Origin: Pseudomonadota bacterium
GTDB lineage: Bacteria; Desulfobacterota; Desulfobacteria; Desulfobacterales; RPRI01
Reading direction: 5' to 3'
Length of the DNA: 64,000 nucleotides
Assembly: GCA_043825875.1 (NCBI GenBank)
Contig: JBDRRF010000065.1
Span: forward strand, 1 to 64,000
Shown: positions 21,049-31,023 of the stretch, piece by piece
Position numbering within the stretch: position 1 is the first letter of the stretch
Layout of the letters: every line of letters starts with the position of its first letter
Program-made: the position numbers and the translations under genes
Notes under the pieces: model-generated
The model's input: only the letters and a program-made list of their open reading frames with translations
Databases searched by the model: none
Told to the model about the DNA's origin: nothing

Positions 21049-22071
21049 ATGAATTTAGATACCAATGATATCAAAAAAACAACCGGACTTCAGAAGACAG
21101 CAATTTTTTTGATGGCAATGGGTGAAGAATTTACCGCATCTTTTTTCAAAACAATAGATCAAAATAATATTAAGAAAATTGGCAAATATATGTCCAAAAT
21201 TTCATATATCCCTGCCGATGTTTTGAATGCTGTCATGAACGATTTTTTAACAAACTTTCAAAGTGATAAGGCTATTGGATTATCCGGCAAATCTTTTTTA
21301 AAGCAAGTGGCGGATAAATCTCTGGGAGAATCTCCGGTAAAGGAGGTTGTAAAAGCAATAGAAAGGGAAAATGAAAATACTCCTTTTGCTGAGCTTACTT
21401 ATCTTCCTGTAGAAAACATAATTAACATTTTTAAGGGTGAGCATCCACAAACTATTGCGCTGGTGCTCTCCACCCTGCCCCAGGATAAGGCCGCCGAAAT
21501 ACTGTGCATACTGCCAGATGAGAACAAAGCTGATATAGCATATAGAATATTGCATATTGGAGAAGTAAATGATGATGTTATCAGAGATCTTGACGAAATA
21601 TTAAAAAAAGAAATTTCCGAGATGGGGGCTGGTTCAAAAAGAAAATTTGACGGGGTTGAGGCTCTTGCAAATATTTTAAGTGAGGTAAACGGCGAAACCG
21701 AAGAGTCTATTATGATGCATATCGAAAGTGAAGATAATGAACTCGCCCAGAAAATACGGCAGAAGATGTTTCTTTTTGAAGACTTGTTAAAAGTTGATGA
21801 CAAAAGTTTCAGGGAGATTTTAAAAAATATAAGCAACGATGTAGTTGTAAGGGCCCTTAAAACTGCTTCGGAAGAGATGAAAGAGAAAATATTCAGCAAT
21901 TTATCAGAAAGGGCTGCGAATATGCTTAAAGAGGATTTTGAAGTACTCGGCCCGATTCGTCTTAAAGAAGTTGAAGAAAATCAGCAGGAAATAATAAAGG
22001 CAGCAAAAAAGCTGGAATCTGAAGGCAAAATTGTTATAGGCGGCAAAGGCAAAGATGATGTTTTTGTATAA
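21049..22071 (+). CDS. fliG: Flagellar motor switch protein FliG
   Basis: EHPQTIALVLS, MFLFEDL, NLSERA, GPIRLKEVE. Confidence 0.96.
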   Translation: MNLDTNDIKKTTGLQKTAIFLMAMGEEFTASFFKTIDQNNIKKIGKYMSKISYIPADVLNAVMNDFLTNFQSDKAIGLSGKSFLKQVADKSLGESPVKEVVKAIERENENTPFAELTYLPVENIINIFKGEHPQTIALVLSTLPQDKAAEILCILPDENKADIAYRILHIGEVNDDVIRDLDEILKKEISEMGAGSKRKFDGVEALANILSEVNGETEESIMMHIESEDNELAQKIRQKMFLFEDLLKVDDKSFREILKNISNDVVVRALKTASEEMKEKIFSNLSERAANMLKEDFEVLGPIRLKEVEENQQEIIKAAKKLESEGKIVIGGKGKDDVFV

Positions 22072-22122
22072 ATTCTTATAATAATTTTTCTTTTATGATT
22101 AATTGGGGAAACAAGGTATATT

Positions 22123-22860
22123 ATGCAAATATCACATAAAACAAACGGGGATGACTTGACACAATATGAAATGAAAGCTTTTGATTCTTTTTATACTTCT
22201 GCCAAAAAAGAAACGGGTACATTTGCAATCATTCAAAACCATACAGAAAACAATTCTGTTTTTTATCCTATAGACATTACCGGCAAGTATCATAAAAATC
22301 AAAGCCCTGAAGAAATTATAAAAAAAGCTCAAGAAAAAGCCGTCCTTATAGAGCAGGAAGCATATGAAAAGGGCTTTGAGCAGGGCGAAAAGGATGGGTT
22401 GGAACTGGGCAACGCAAAGGCTCAGAAAATTGCTGAAAACATCGAAAGCCTTTTGGAAAAAATCAGCCTTCTAAGTTCAACTATATTAAAAATTCACGAA
22501 AAGGAAATTATTACCCTTATTTGTGCTGTTGCGGAAAAAGTTATTGGTTATCAGGTAGAACTTAATGATGCTGTAATCAGAAATACAGTCATCAATGCTA
22601 TTAATATGGCAACTGAAAAACAATCTATCCGTCTGAAGGTAAACCCGGAAGATTTCGAATATATCGACAATTTAAGACCGGAAATATTTCAACGGTTCAA
22701 TGAATTAGCATCAGTCGAAATAATTTCAAACCCGGCAATAAAACGTGGTGGTTGTCTATTGGAAACACCATGCGGCGACGTGGATGCAAGAATGGAAACA
22801 CAACTTTTAATAATTAGTAAATGTCTACAAGAAGTATTTGGGGAAAATAATATTGATTGA
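22123..22860 (+). CDS. fliH: Flagellar export protein FliH
   Basis: AYEKGFEQGEKDG (GxxxG repeats), VNPED, GGCLLET..GDVDA. Confidence 0.88.
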   Translation: MQISHKTNGDDLTQYEMKAFDSFYTSAKKETGTFAIIQNHTENNSVFYPIDITGKYHKNQSPEEIIKKAQEKAVLIEQEAYEKGFEQGEKDGLELGNAKAQKIAENIESLLEKISLLSSTILKIHEKEIITLICAVAEKVIGYQVELNDAVIRNTVINAINMATEKQSIRLKVNPEDFEYIDNLRPEIFQRFNELASVEIISNPAIKRGGCLLETPCGDVDARMETQLLIISKCLQEVFGENNID

Positions 22861-24184
22861 CATTAGCGTTGATATTAATTGGAACCGTTACATGGAGTCT
22901 TTGGATAAATGCCGTCCAATGCAGCATCAGGGAAAAATTGTTAAGATTTCCGGCATTATTGCTGAAGCAAACGGACCAGGACTTTGTATCGGAAGCCTTT
23001 GTGATATCGAAACTGCTCCGGGGCATGCTATTCGTGCCGAGGTTGTAGGCTTCAAAGATCAAAAACTTATTCTGATGCCATTTGGAGAGCTAAGAGGTGT
23101 TAAGCCGGGCAGTAAAGTTACTGAAATAATCAACCGGGCAACGGTTCCTGTAGGCAAAGATTATATTGGAAGAGTAATCGATGGATTTGGACAACCGATA
23201 GATGGTAAAGGGGAAATAAATCCTGACACGGAATACCCCGTGTATGGTAATGTTATCAACCCATTACAAAGAAGAATTATAACTGAAACCATGGATGTCG
23301 GCATCAGAGCAATAAATTCTATGGTAACCGTGGGAAAAGGTCAGAGAATTGCTATTATGGCCGGATCGGGAGTAGGGAAAAGCGTATTAATGGGTATGAT
23401 GGCAAGAAATACAGCCGCAGATGTTTCAATTATTGCATTAATCGGTGAACGTGGCAGGGAAGTAAAAGAGTTTGTCGAAAAGAAGCTTGGTAAGGATGGA
23501 ATGAAAAAAGCAATTGTGATTGCATCAACATCAGATACACCGGCACTTATAAGAATTCGAGCTGCCTATTATGCTACCGCACTTGCTGAGTATTTCAGGG
23601 ATCAGGGGTTGGATGTTCTTCTTGTTATTGATTCCATAACCAGAGTTGCCATGTCCTTAAGAGAAGTCGGGCTTGCAGCCGGAGAACCTCCAACAGCAAA
23701 AGGATATACACCAAGTGTTTTTACCCAGATGCCGAAGATTCTTGAACGCGCCGGTAATCTTGAGGAAAAAGGCAGCATAACCGGTATATACAATGTATTA
23801 GTTGAGGGAGATGACATGAGCGAACCTGTAGCAGATACCGTTCGCTCCATTGTTGACGGACATATAGTACTTTCCAGAGATATTTCACATAAGGGGCATT
23901 ATCCTGCAATAGATGTTATGGCAAGCATAAGCAGAGTGATGAAAGATATTGTGACATCAGATCACTTTGCTTGGGCAAGGAAAGTAATAAAAACGCTTGC
24001 AATATATAAAGATGCGGAAGATCTGATTAACATCGGTGCATATCAAAGTGGCAGTGATCCGGAGATAGATTTTGCAAAAAAAATGATTGGGAAGATAAAT
24101 GCTTTTCTTCAGCAAAATATTGATGAAAGAACAGATTTTGATAGCAGTCTTTCACAATTGAAACATTTGATAGGAACCAAATGA
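22838..24184 (+). CDS. fliI: Flagellar export ATPase FliI (true start may be a few codons downstream)
   Basis: GSGVGKS Walker A, LIGERGREV, DSITR, GEPPTAKGYTPS, DGHIVLSR. Confidence 0.96.
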   Translation: MGKIILIDISVDINWNRYMESLDKCRPMQHQGKIVKISGIIAEANGPGLCIGSLCDIETAPGHAIRAEVVGFKDQKLILMPFGELRGVKPGSKVTEIINRATVPVGKDYIGRVIDGFGQPIDGKGEINPDTEYPVYGNVINPLQRRIITETMDVGIRAINSMVTVGKGQRIAIMAGSGVGKSVLMGMMARNTAADVSIIALIGERGREVKEFVEKKLGKDGMKKAIVIASTSDTPALIRIRAAYYATALAEYFRDQGLDVLLVIDSITRVAMSLREVGLAAGEPPTAKGYTPSVFTQMPKILERAGNLEEKGSITGIYNVLVEGDDMSEPVADTVRSIVDGHIVLSRDISHKGHYPAIDVMASISRVMKDIVTSDHFAWARKVIKTLAIYKDAEDLINIGAYQSGSDPEIDFAKKMIGKINAFLQQNIDERTDFDSSLSQLKHLIGTK

Positions 24185-24185
24185 A

Positions 24186-24632
24186 ATGAAAAAATTTTCC
24201 TATAGGCTGGAAAAAGTATTGCGGTTCAGAAAGTATCTTGAAAAAAAAGCTCAAAAAAAACTTAGCGACACCATATATGAGTATCAAACCAGAGAAAATT
24301 TAATTAAAGATATTGAAAACAAGCAAAAAGAGCTTGCCAGTAATTGCAATAAAGAAAAGCTTAGAGGAATGGATGTTGTGCGGTACCAGAACTATAATCT
24401 TTATTCCAAGAAATTATTCGATGATCAGGAAAGAGAACTAGTTGCCTTAAAAGAAACAAATGAGTCGGTTCAACTACACAGAAGCTTGCTTCAAAAAGAA
24501 TTGATAAGAAAAAAGCAACTTGAAAAATTGAAAGAAGTTCAAAGAAGCAGATATATGCAATTTGCAGAAAAAGATGAACAGAAGCAATCCGATGAGACGC
24601 TTATTACCATAGGTAAAAGGGTAAATTTATGA
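24186..24632 (+). CDS. fliJ: Flagellar export protein FliJ
   Basis: MKKFSYRLEKVLRFR N-terminus, coiled coil, EQKQSDE; position after fliI. Confidence 0.85.
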   Translation: MKKFSYRLEKVLRFRKYLEKKAQKKLSDTIYEYQTRENLIKDIENKQKELASNCNKEKLRGMDVVRYQNYNLYSKKLFDDQERELVALKETNESVQLHRSLLQKELIRKKQLEKLKEVQRSRYMQFAEKDEQKQSDETLITIGKRVNL

Positions 24633-25171
24633 AGCTTTTAACATATATTTCATTTATTTCTTTGCTTGTACTCAAAATAGTTTTTATTTCTTTGTTTATT
24701 TTCCAGACTGAATCAAGCAATTTATTATTTAACACAAAGGCAATTGCTTCAGAAAATATAAGTGGCGCTCCCGTAGCAACTAAACCCCTTCCGGAAATTA
24801 AGGATGAAAACAATCAAGATAATATGGCTTTTCTGCTAAAACAAAAAGCCGAACTTAAGTCACAGCAAGAAGAGCTTGCGGCCATACGAGATGATATCAG
24901 CAATAAAATTGAAAAGCTAACCCGGCTAAGAGAAGAAATTAAACTTGATTTAGCCAAAATCGAAACAATTCAAAATAAAAAAATTAAACATCTGATAAAA
25001 GCATATTCTGCAATGAAACCCCAAAGCGCCGCGGAATTGGTAGAAAAGCTTGACAATGATTTTGCAGTGGAGTTGCTTTCACAAATGAAGGGGGAAGCTG
25101 TCGGAACTATTTTGTCTTATTTGGATAAAGATAAAGCAGCAAAAATTACTAAAGGACTGGTCGGAAAATAA
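24629..25171 (+). CDS. MotE/FlbB-like flagellar protein (TM, coiled coil, MgtE-N-like domain)
   Basis: YSAMKPQSAAELVEKL..ILSYLDKDKAAKIT; position after fliJ. Confidence 0.75.
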   Translation: MKLLTYISFISLLVLKIVFISLFIFQTESSNLLFNTKAIASENISGAPVATKPLPEIKDENNQDNMAFLLKQKAELKSQQEELAAIRDDISNKIEKLTRLREEIKLDLAKIETIQNKKIKHLIKAYSAMKPQSAAELVEKLDNDFAVELLSQMKGEAVGTILSYLDKDKAAKITKGLVGK

Positions 25172-25183
25172 CGACTAACAGGT

Positions 25184-25375
25184 TTAAGCGTAAATATCTA
25201 TAAGACTTCCTTTTTCGGCAAAGTTAACAGCGGGTTGCAAAATTCTCTTTTCAAGAATTACTGTATCGCTGTGGCTTTGCAAAGAAATTTCGGATCCAAG
25301 ATTTCTTTGCATAACGGATATATCCGGTTTCTGCGCCAAAACGAGCGGTAAATTATTTATTATCCCATTAACCAT
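25184..25375 (-). CDS. Small hypothetical protein ending KGSLIDIYA
   Basis: 63-aa ORF; C-terminal G-x-x-I-D-x-x-A typical of small motility-associated (YjfB-like) proteins. Confidence 0.5.
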   Translation of the reverse strand: MVNGIINNLPLVLAQKPDISVMQRNLGSEISLQSHSDTVILEKRILQPAVNFAEKGSLIDIYA

Positions 25376-25706
25376 TTTAAACCTGCATTAATGTCAAACT
25401 TCAGACATCAAAAAATCGCATTATAATAACTATCATAGATCAAAGCAATTTAGATATGATGTCATATAACTGCCTTAAAATATTAAATTATAGAATGCCA
25501 GCAAAACGTTATTCCAAGCTTTCTCAAATTCTTTATTTTTTTGATTATGAACAATAAATCCTAATAAGTCAAGAATAACTCTATATTCAGCAAATACCGG
25601 GCATATTTCCTTTTCTTTGGTGCCTCTTTGAAAAATTGATTCTTACCATTGATACATTTGTTTTTCACAACAAATCTGTGGTTTATGTATTCTCTTTTTT
25701 TATATA

Positions 25707-26912
25707 TCATGCAACATTGGTATCAATTTGATTGCTTTCATATTTTTCTATAGTCACTTTTTCATTACGCACTAAGGAAAGTAAAACACCTGTAAAAAAC
25801 CAGAAAGGGAAAGAAAAATATTTAGAAAAAAAGCTTTCATTGGTAAAACAAATGAGTAAGACAAGAAAGGGCAACAGACCAATATACTTTATGTGCTGAT
25901 CAAGAGCATTGCTTTTAAATATTATATGCAATTTATGTAAAACGAAGATAATCCATGCAAAAAAAGAAAATACGCATATAAGCCCCGAAGAATAAAAAAG
26001 CTCAAGTGGTAATAAGTGAGGGAAGGTAAATGGGAAATTGGACTTATCGATTTGAGTGTACTCCTGTTTAAAAAGCCCTGGCCCTTTACCTATAATCCAA
26101 TCTATAATACTAAATTTTTCCTTAATAAGAGTAACAGACTGGTTCCAGATAGTCCAGCGAAGCTCTGTACTGTCATTAAATATTGAAAGAACTCTTATAC
26201 GAAGAGTATCATCATATATAAAAATCAGTAATGATAGAGCACCCAAAACTGCAAGATATTTTAACAGGTTTATTTTGTTTGGAGCGTACAACAATATTAA
26301 GAATCCTATTATACCGACAGCAAGCAAAGGGGCTCGTGTTTTCGAAAGCATAAGAGCTGCTCCTAAAATTATCAAAACAACCTCATACACTATAAAGTAT
26401 GCTTTCGATGGTTTTGAGAGTAATTTGCTTACAGTAGCTACCAGACCGATACCGGACCACAATGCCAGAAAAAAAGTGTTTTGAAAAAATGATTGCACCC
26501 TGATCCCTATATCTTTTAGAATAAAAATCTCATAAATTGCATAACATGACGTAATGAGAGCACTTGCTATAAAATAGTGAACAATTCTATTTATACGCTT
26601 TTCATCACTTCTTAAATAATCAAATAACACCAGGGAAAGAATAATACCTTTTATAACATTTTTGATTTCATTTACATCAGGTTGCGACGAAAAAATAACA
26701 GATAACACTATCGTACCTAAAAAAATCAGTATAAAATAACCCGATGGGGGCATCTCCCATTTCTCTTTTCTCACTATTTTCCCAAGCAGCCATATAATAA
26801 TAACCGAATCCCAAAGTTTATTAAATACTGCCAGGTAAAGAGGAAATGCAAAAAAGAGAAGAATAATATTTATTTCGATCAGATAATCAATATAGCGACC
26901 GTAATGCTTCAT
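25707..26912 (-). CDS. O-antigen ligase (Wzy_C/WaaL-like) family membrane protein
   Basis: Many TM helices; SKTRA, RWTIW, GKGPG, PH..LE..SSG. Confidence 0.8.
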   Translation of the reverse strand: MKHYGRYIDYLIEINIILLFFAFPLYLAVFNKLWDSVIIIWLLGKIVRKEKWEMPPSGYFILIFLGTIVLSVIFSSQPDVNEIKNVIKGIILSLVLFDYLRSDEKRINRIVHYFIASALITSCYAIYEIFILKDIGIRVQSFFQNTFFLALWSGIGLVATVSKLLSKPSKAYFIVYEVVLIILGAALMLSKTRAPLLAVGIIGFLILLYAPNKINLLKYLAVLGALSLLIFIYDDTLRIRVLSIFNDSTELRWTIWNQSVTLIKEKFSIIDWIIGKGPGLFKQEYTQIDKSNFPFTFPHLLPLELFYSSGLICVFSFFAWIIFVLHKLHIIFKSNALDQHIKYIGLLPFLVLLICFTNESFFSKYFSFPFWFFTGVLLSLVRNEKVTIEKYESNQIDTNVA

Positions 26913-27886
26913 GCCGCCTTGCCTATCATTTTAGACAGAAGAAAATAGTACCACAGCTTTATTATGTATTTTTTCGTTTTTAACCCCTTCCTGAAAGTAT
27001 CTCTAAGTTCTATAATATTTACAGGATGTTTAAGGGAAAGCTTGATGTATTTTATATATTCCCTGCACAGATATTTTGTTATGGTTTTTTCGTATTGCTT
27101 TACATCATGGGTTAAAAGCTTCTCTAATGCCAGTATTTTTTCTCTGCGGATTTCGATCTTGAAGGGAGCAGAAGAAGATGTATTGCTAGAATGTGTTCGA
27201 TAATACATTACTGGTTCATCAAGATACGCGATGCTACCATAAAGCGCTAACTGAAGCCAGATTGTAACATCTTCTGAATACCGAAAGTCCTCATCAAATC
27301 CTTTAAGTTTTTCAAATAATGATTTCCTGAACATCCCGGAAGGAAAAAAGATTTTAGCCCGCCCTTCGATCAAATCTTTTACTGTATGCTCCATACTATT
27401 GTATCTTTTTTCATCTTTTTGTAATCGAATAGTTGTCTTTATCTTGTTATCTAAAATATATGCATCAGCAAACACTACATCTATTTTTGAATGTTCTTTC
27501 AGATAATGAACTCTTTTGCTTATACTTCCAGGTAATAGTATGTCATCTGAAGCAATTTCGCATAAATATTTGCCAAGAGCTAATTTTATTCCATGGTTTA
27601 ATGTTTTGATAAGCCCTTCATTATTTTTAGCTATATATCTAAAGCTAAATGAATACTTTTCAAGAAGTGCTTTAATTATTTGATCGGTATCATCAGTTGA
27701 TCCATCATTAATAACTATTAAATCTATATTTGGATAATCCTGATTGAGAATGCTTAATATACAGTCTGAAATGAATTCGGCATGATTGTATGCAGGAACT
27801 ATAATACTGACCAGCGGCGTATCCTCTGAACTTAAATCAAGCTTATCTTTCTGAAAAATATTTTCTGATATTGGCTGCTCTTTCAT
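26909..27886 (-). CDS. Family 2 glycosyltransferase
   Basis: VSIIVPAYN, INDGSTD, ASDD, GFDE..SED; 4-bp overlap with the ligase gene. Confidence 0.92.
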   Translation of the reverse strand: MKEQPISENIFQKDKLDLSSEDTPLVSIIVPAYNHAEFISDCILSILNQDYPNIDLIVINDGSTDDTDQIIKALLEKYSFSFRYIAKNNEGLIKTLNHGIKLALGKYLCEIASDDILLPGSISKRVHYLKEHSKIDVVFADAYILDNKIKTTIRLQKDEKRYNSMEHTVKDLIEGRAKIFFPSGMFRKSLFEKLKGFDEDFRYSEDVTIWLQLALYGSIAYLDEPVMYYRTHSSNTSSSAPFKIEIRREKILALEKLLTHDVKQYEKTITKYLCREYIKYIKLSLKHPVNIIELRDTFRKGLKTKKYIIKLWYYFLLSKMIGKAA

Positions 27887-27960
27887 TTCAAAATTAGAGG
27901 CTCCCTCTATTTTTTAGCGACATAACATTATACTACCATAATGTTGGTCAAAACTAAAGG

Positions 27961-28962
27961 TCAATTATAGCCTTCCCCTATGTTCTTCAAAGTTTCAAGC
28001 TCCTCGGTTGCTGCTTCCCGTACAGATTCAGCACAGTCGCTATATACGATTTTCTCAAGATATTCTTTTACTTCCTTGTTTTTGAGTTGCGCCAGAACCT
28101 GCACCAAATCACCTTGTACCGATGCATCAAGATCTGCGAAACGCTTCTGAAGCGGTGCGAACAGCTCAGCGGCCAGTTCGGGGGATTCTTCTGCAAGATA
28201 TTCCACGGTAACCATGGCACCCAGACGAACCGACCAGCGCTCATGAACCAGAAGATCTATGAAAGCAGGAAAGATCCTGTTACTGCTGCACATCATGGAT
28301 GCCACGCGGGCAGCATCGGAGTTTTCAATTATTTGCCGTAATGAATCGGATGAAAGTTGGGCCGGGTCTCGCTGTACGCACTGCCGGATTACCTCTTGGA
28401 TATTGATCTGGCCGGTCCAGCGGATTTCATTATCAAGGATTAGTGTGGGCACTGAACGAATACCCCGCTCTTCAGCCAGATTTCCAAACAGAACCCCATC
28501 TATAATGGTCAGCCGAAGAAGCGGGTTTTCTTCAGCCAGACACAAAACCTGAACAACTACTTTAGGGCAGTAAGGACACTGCTTAGCAATAAAGACAAAA
28601 AGATGCGCCGGAAGTTCGATTCGGGTTGAGAACCCAAAATCATATTTAGGCAATGTGCCCGGATTAGCCGCAGCACTTAATGCCTCAAGAAAAGGTAATA
28701 GCTCTTTATCTTCAGGAAGCGCCTGATAGGCAATATTCTTATGGCGACCGACAATAATGGCAGGTGCCGCAAAAGGTTCTTCCTGCTCTTTTCGGATTTG
28801 TACAACCGGCGCCAATATTTTGAATTCATCACAAAACTGAACAAGCTTTTCACCGGCAAGGCCGTCTCCTCCGGCAACATTGAGAAAAGTCGGAAATTTT
28901 TGGATGGCCGCCCATTGACGGATGATTTCTTCGTCCTGAGATGTGATTAGTTTCATCTTCAC
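27961..28962 (-). CDS. Thioredoxin-fold (AhpF-N/PDO-like, CPYC) protein fused to HEAT repeats
   Basis: CPYCP, GIRSVPTL, ERWSVRLGA and ESVREAA HEAT-like motifs. Confidence 0.7.
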   Translation of the reverse strand: MKMKLITSQDEEIIRQWAAIQKFPTFLNVAGGDGLAGEKLVQFCDEFKILAPVVQIRKEQEEPFAAPAIIVGRHKNIAYQALPEDKELLPFLEALSAAANPGTLPKYDFGFSTRIELPAHLFVFIAKQCPYCPKVVVQVLCLAEENPLLRLTIIDGVLFGNLAEERGIRSVPTLILDNEIRWTGQINIQEVIRQCVQRDPAQLSSDSLRQIIENSDAARVASMMCSSNRIFPAFIDLLVHERWSVRLGAMVTVEYLAEESPELAAELFAPLQKRFADLDASVQGDLVQVLAQLKNKEVKEYLEKIVYSDCAESVREAATEELETLKNIGEGYN

Positions 28963-29289
28963 TACTTTTATTTTAATTCTTCTTTAAATATATTTTTTGC
29001 GCCAATTGTTTATCACGCTCAAAATTAAATCTTAACTTATCCGATAGTGTTTTAACTTTATCTATCAGTATTCGACTTAACTTTTCAAGGTCTTATACGA
29101 TATAGTTTTCGAATTTAATAGACGCTAATAATTGTTATTATAATTTCTTTTTAGGATCAATATTTTAATCTTATAATGGAAAAAACTTGCTATATAATGT
29201 TATAAAATCTTTAGCTGTATATAGCTTAAAAGCCTATAACAGTATTAAAAAATTGACTTTTATTATAATTTATTATAGCAGTTCATATT

Positions 29290-30243
29290 ATGGATCAATC
29301 AAAATGGTTTTATCCGATTATTGTTTTTCTCTTATCCGTCATGGCGCTGGCCACATCTCTTTTTTTTTATATATACTGGTATATCAAGGTCAGCTCAGGG
29401 CTTAAGACCTTAGTTACCAGATTTAACATTGAACCATCGGTTGTTCTGGAATCACACACATGGCTTGTTATTCTGGTTTTATCTGTTCTTGTAGGAATTA
29501 TTCTTCTGGGAATATTTACAATTTTTATGTATAATCTGAAAACATATCAGTTATACAGAATTCAGCAAAATTTTATTAATAACTTCACACACGAGCTTAA
29601 AACACCTGTAACTTCCTTAAAGCTTTTTCTTGAAACTCTCTCCAAACATGAGCTTTCAAGAGCTGAGCAATTAAAATATATTAATTTTATGCTACAGGAT
29701 GTTGTAAGGCTTTCTGACAATTTAGGACGTATACTTGACCTTGCCGGGATTGAGAGTAATAGCTACCAGGGAGATTTCATTAAAACCGATCTTATAGCCG
29801 CAGTTGAAACATTTTGCAATGCTAATGCGCATCTTTTTCCGGAATGCAGAATAACTGTTCATTGTTCATCTGATAATCATTTTGTTTATTTGATAAATCC
29901 ATATCTTTTCGAAATGCTTCTTATGAATCTTTTGACAAATGCGGTTAAATATAATGAATCAAAAGCACCGAAAATAAACATTTCTTTTGATTTGCATGGT
30001 AATATGCTGCACATAAATTTTGAGGATAATGGAATTGGAATTGAAAACTTTCAGATCAAAAAAATATTTAGAAAATTTTACCAGGTTGGTCAGTACAAAG
30101 ATATGACAGCTAAGGGAAATGGTCTTGGACTTTATCTTGTTAAAAATATAGCTCGAATACATAATGGAAAAATAGTTGCCGAAAGCAAAGGAATCGGAAA
30201 GGGTTCTGTTTTTACACTCAAACTACCATATAAAGAGAAATGA
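29290..30243 (+). CDS. Membrane sensor histidine kinase
   Basis: Two TMs; THELKTP, NLLTNAVKY, DNGIG, GNGLGL. Confidence 0.93.
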   Translation: MDQSKWFYPIIVFLLSVMALATSLFFYIYWYIKVSSGLKTLVTRFNIEPSVVLESHTWLVILVLSVLVGIILLGIFTIFMYNLKTYQLYRIQQNFINNFTHELKTPVTSLKLFLETLSKHELSRAEQLKYINFMLQDVVRLSDNLGRILDLAGIESNSYQGDFIKTDLIAAVETFCNANAHLFPECRITVHCSSDNHFVYLINPYLFEMLLMNLLTNAVKYNESKAPKINISFDLHGNMLHINFEDNGIGIENFQIKKIFRKFYQVGQYKDMTAKGNGLGLYLVKNIARIHNGKIVAESKGIGKGSVFTLKLPYKEK

Positions 30244-30271
30244 TTTTCCAAAAAATATAAAAAGTGCCTTT

Positions 30272-31006
30272 ATGAAATATCATGGAAATAAAAGAATTCT
30301 TGTAATAGAAGACGATAGTCACATTGCTGAAGGGCTTAAGCTGAATCTTTCTTTGCAAGGGTATGATGTGCTTATAGCTAAAGACGGTATATCCGGGCTA
30401 CATGAATGGAAGGAATGGAAACCAAATCTTGTGGTGCTTGATATCATGCTTCCGGGAATCGACGGTTTGTCGGTTCTTCAAAATATTCGCCTTGAGGATG
30501 AGCGGATTCCGATATTAATACTGTCTGCAAAGGCAGAAGCTCATGATAAAATCAAGGGTCTTTCCTGTGGAGTTGATGACTATCTTTCAAAACCGTTTAA
30601 CCTTGAAGAGTTTCTCTTAAGAGTTGAGCGCTTGATTGTAAGGGCTTCATGGGTATCAAGAGAAGAAGATGCAGCAGTTCAAACAGGTGACTTGCCATCT
30701 GGAATTTACATATTTGGGGATAATCTGATAGATTTTGAAAAATCCACGGCTATATGCAGAACCGGAAAGGTATCATTAACGGAACAGGAAATTAAACTGT
30801 TGAAACTTTTTATAACAAACGCAGGAAAAACTCTTTCGCGTAGAAAGATACTTGAAATCGGTTGGGGTTATACCGGCAACGTTTCTACAAGAACCGTTGA
30901 TAATTTTATTGCCCGGTTCAGAAAATATTTTGAAGCTGACTCAAAAAAACCAAAATATTTCAAAAGCATCAGGTTAGTTGGTTATATCTTTGAAAATGAC
31001 TCATGA
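30272..31006 (+). CDS. OmpR-family response regulator
   Basis: IEDD, LDIMLP, DDYLSKPF, RTVDNFIARFR; start moved to the ATG at 30272. Confidence 0.92.
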   Translation: MKYHGNKRILVIEDDSHIAEGLKLNLSLQGYDVLIAKDGISGLHEWKEWKPNLVVLDIMLPGIDGLSVLQNIRLEDERIPILILSAKAEAHDKIKGLSCGVDDYLSKPFNLEEFLLRVERLIVRASWVSREEDAAVQTGDLPSGIYIFGDNLIDFEKSTAICRTGKVSLTEQEIKLLKLFITNAGKTLSRRKILEIGWGYTGNVSTRTVDNFIARFRKYFEADSKKPKYFKSIRLVGYIFENDS

Positions 31007-31023
31007 TGACTTTTTATAATTCA

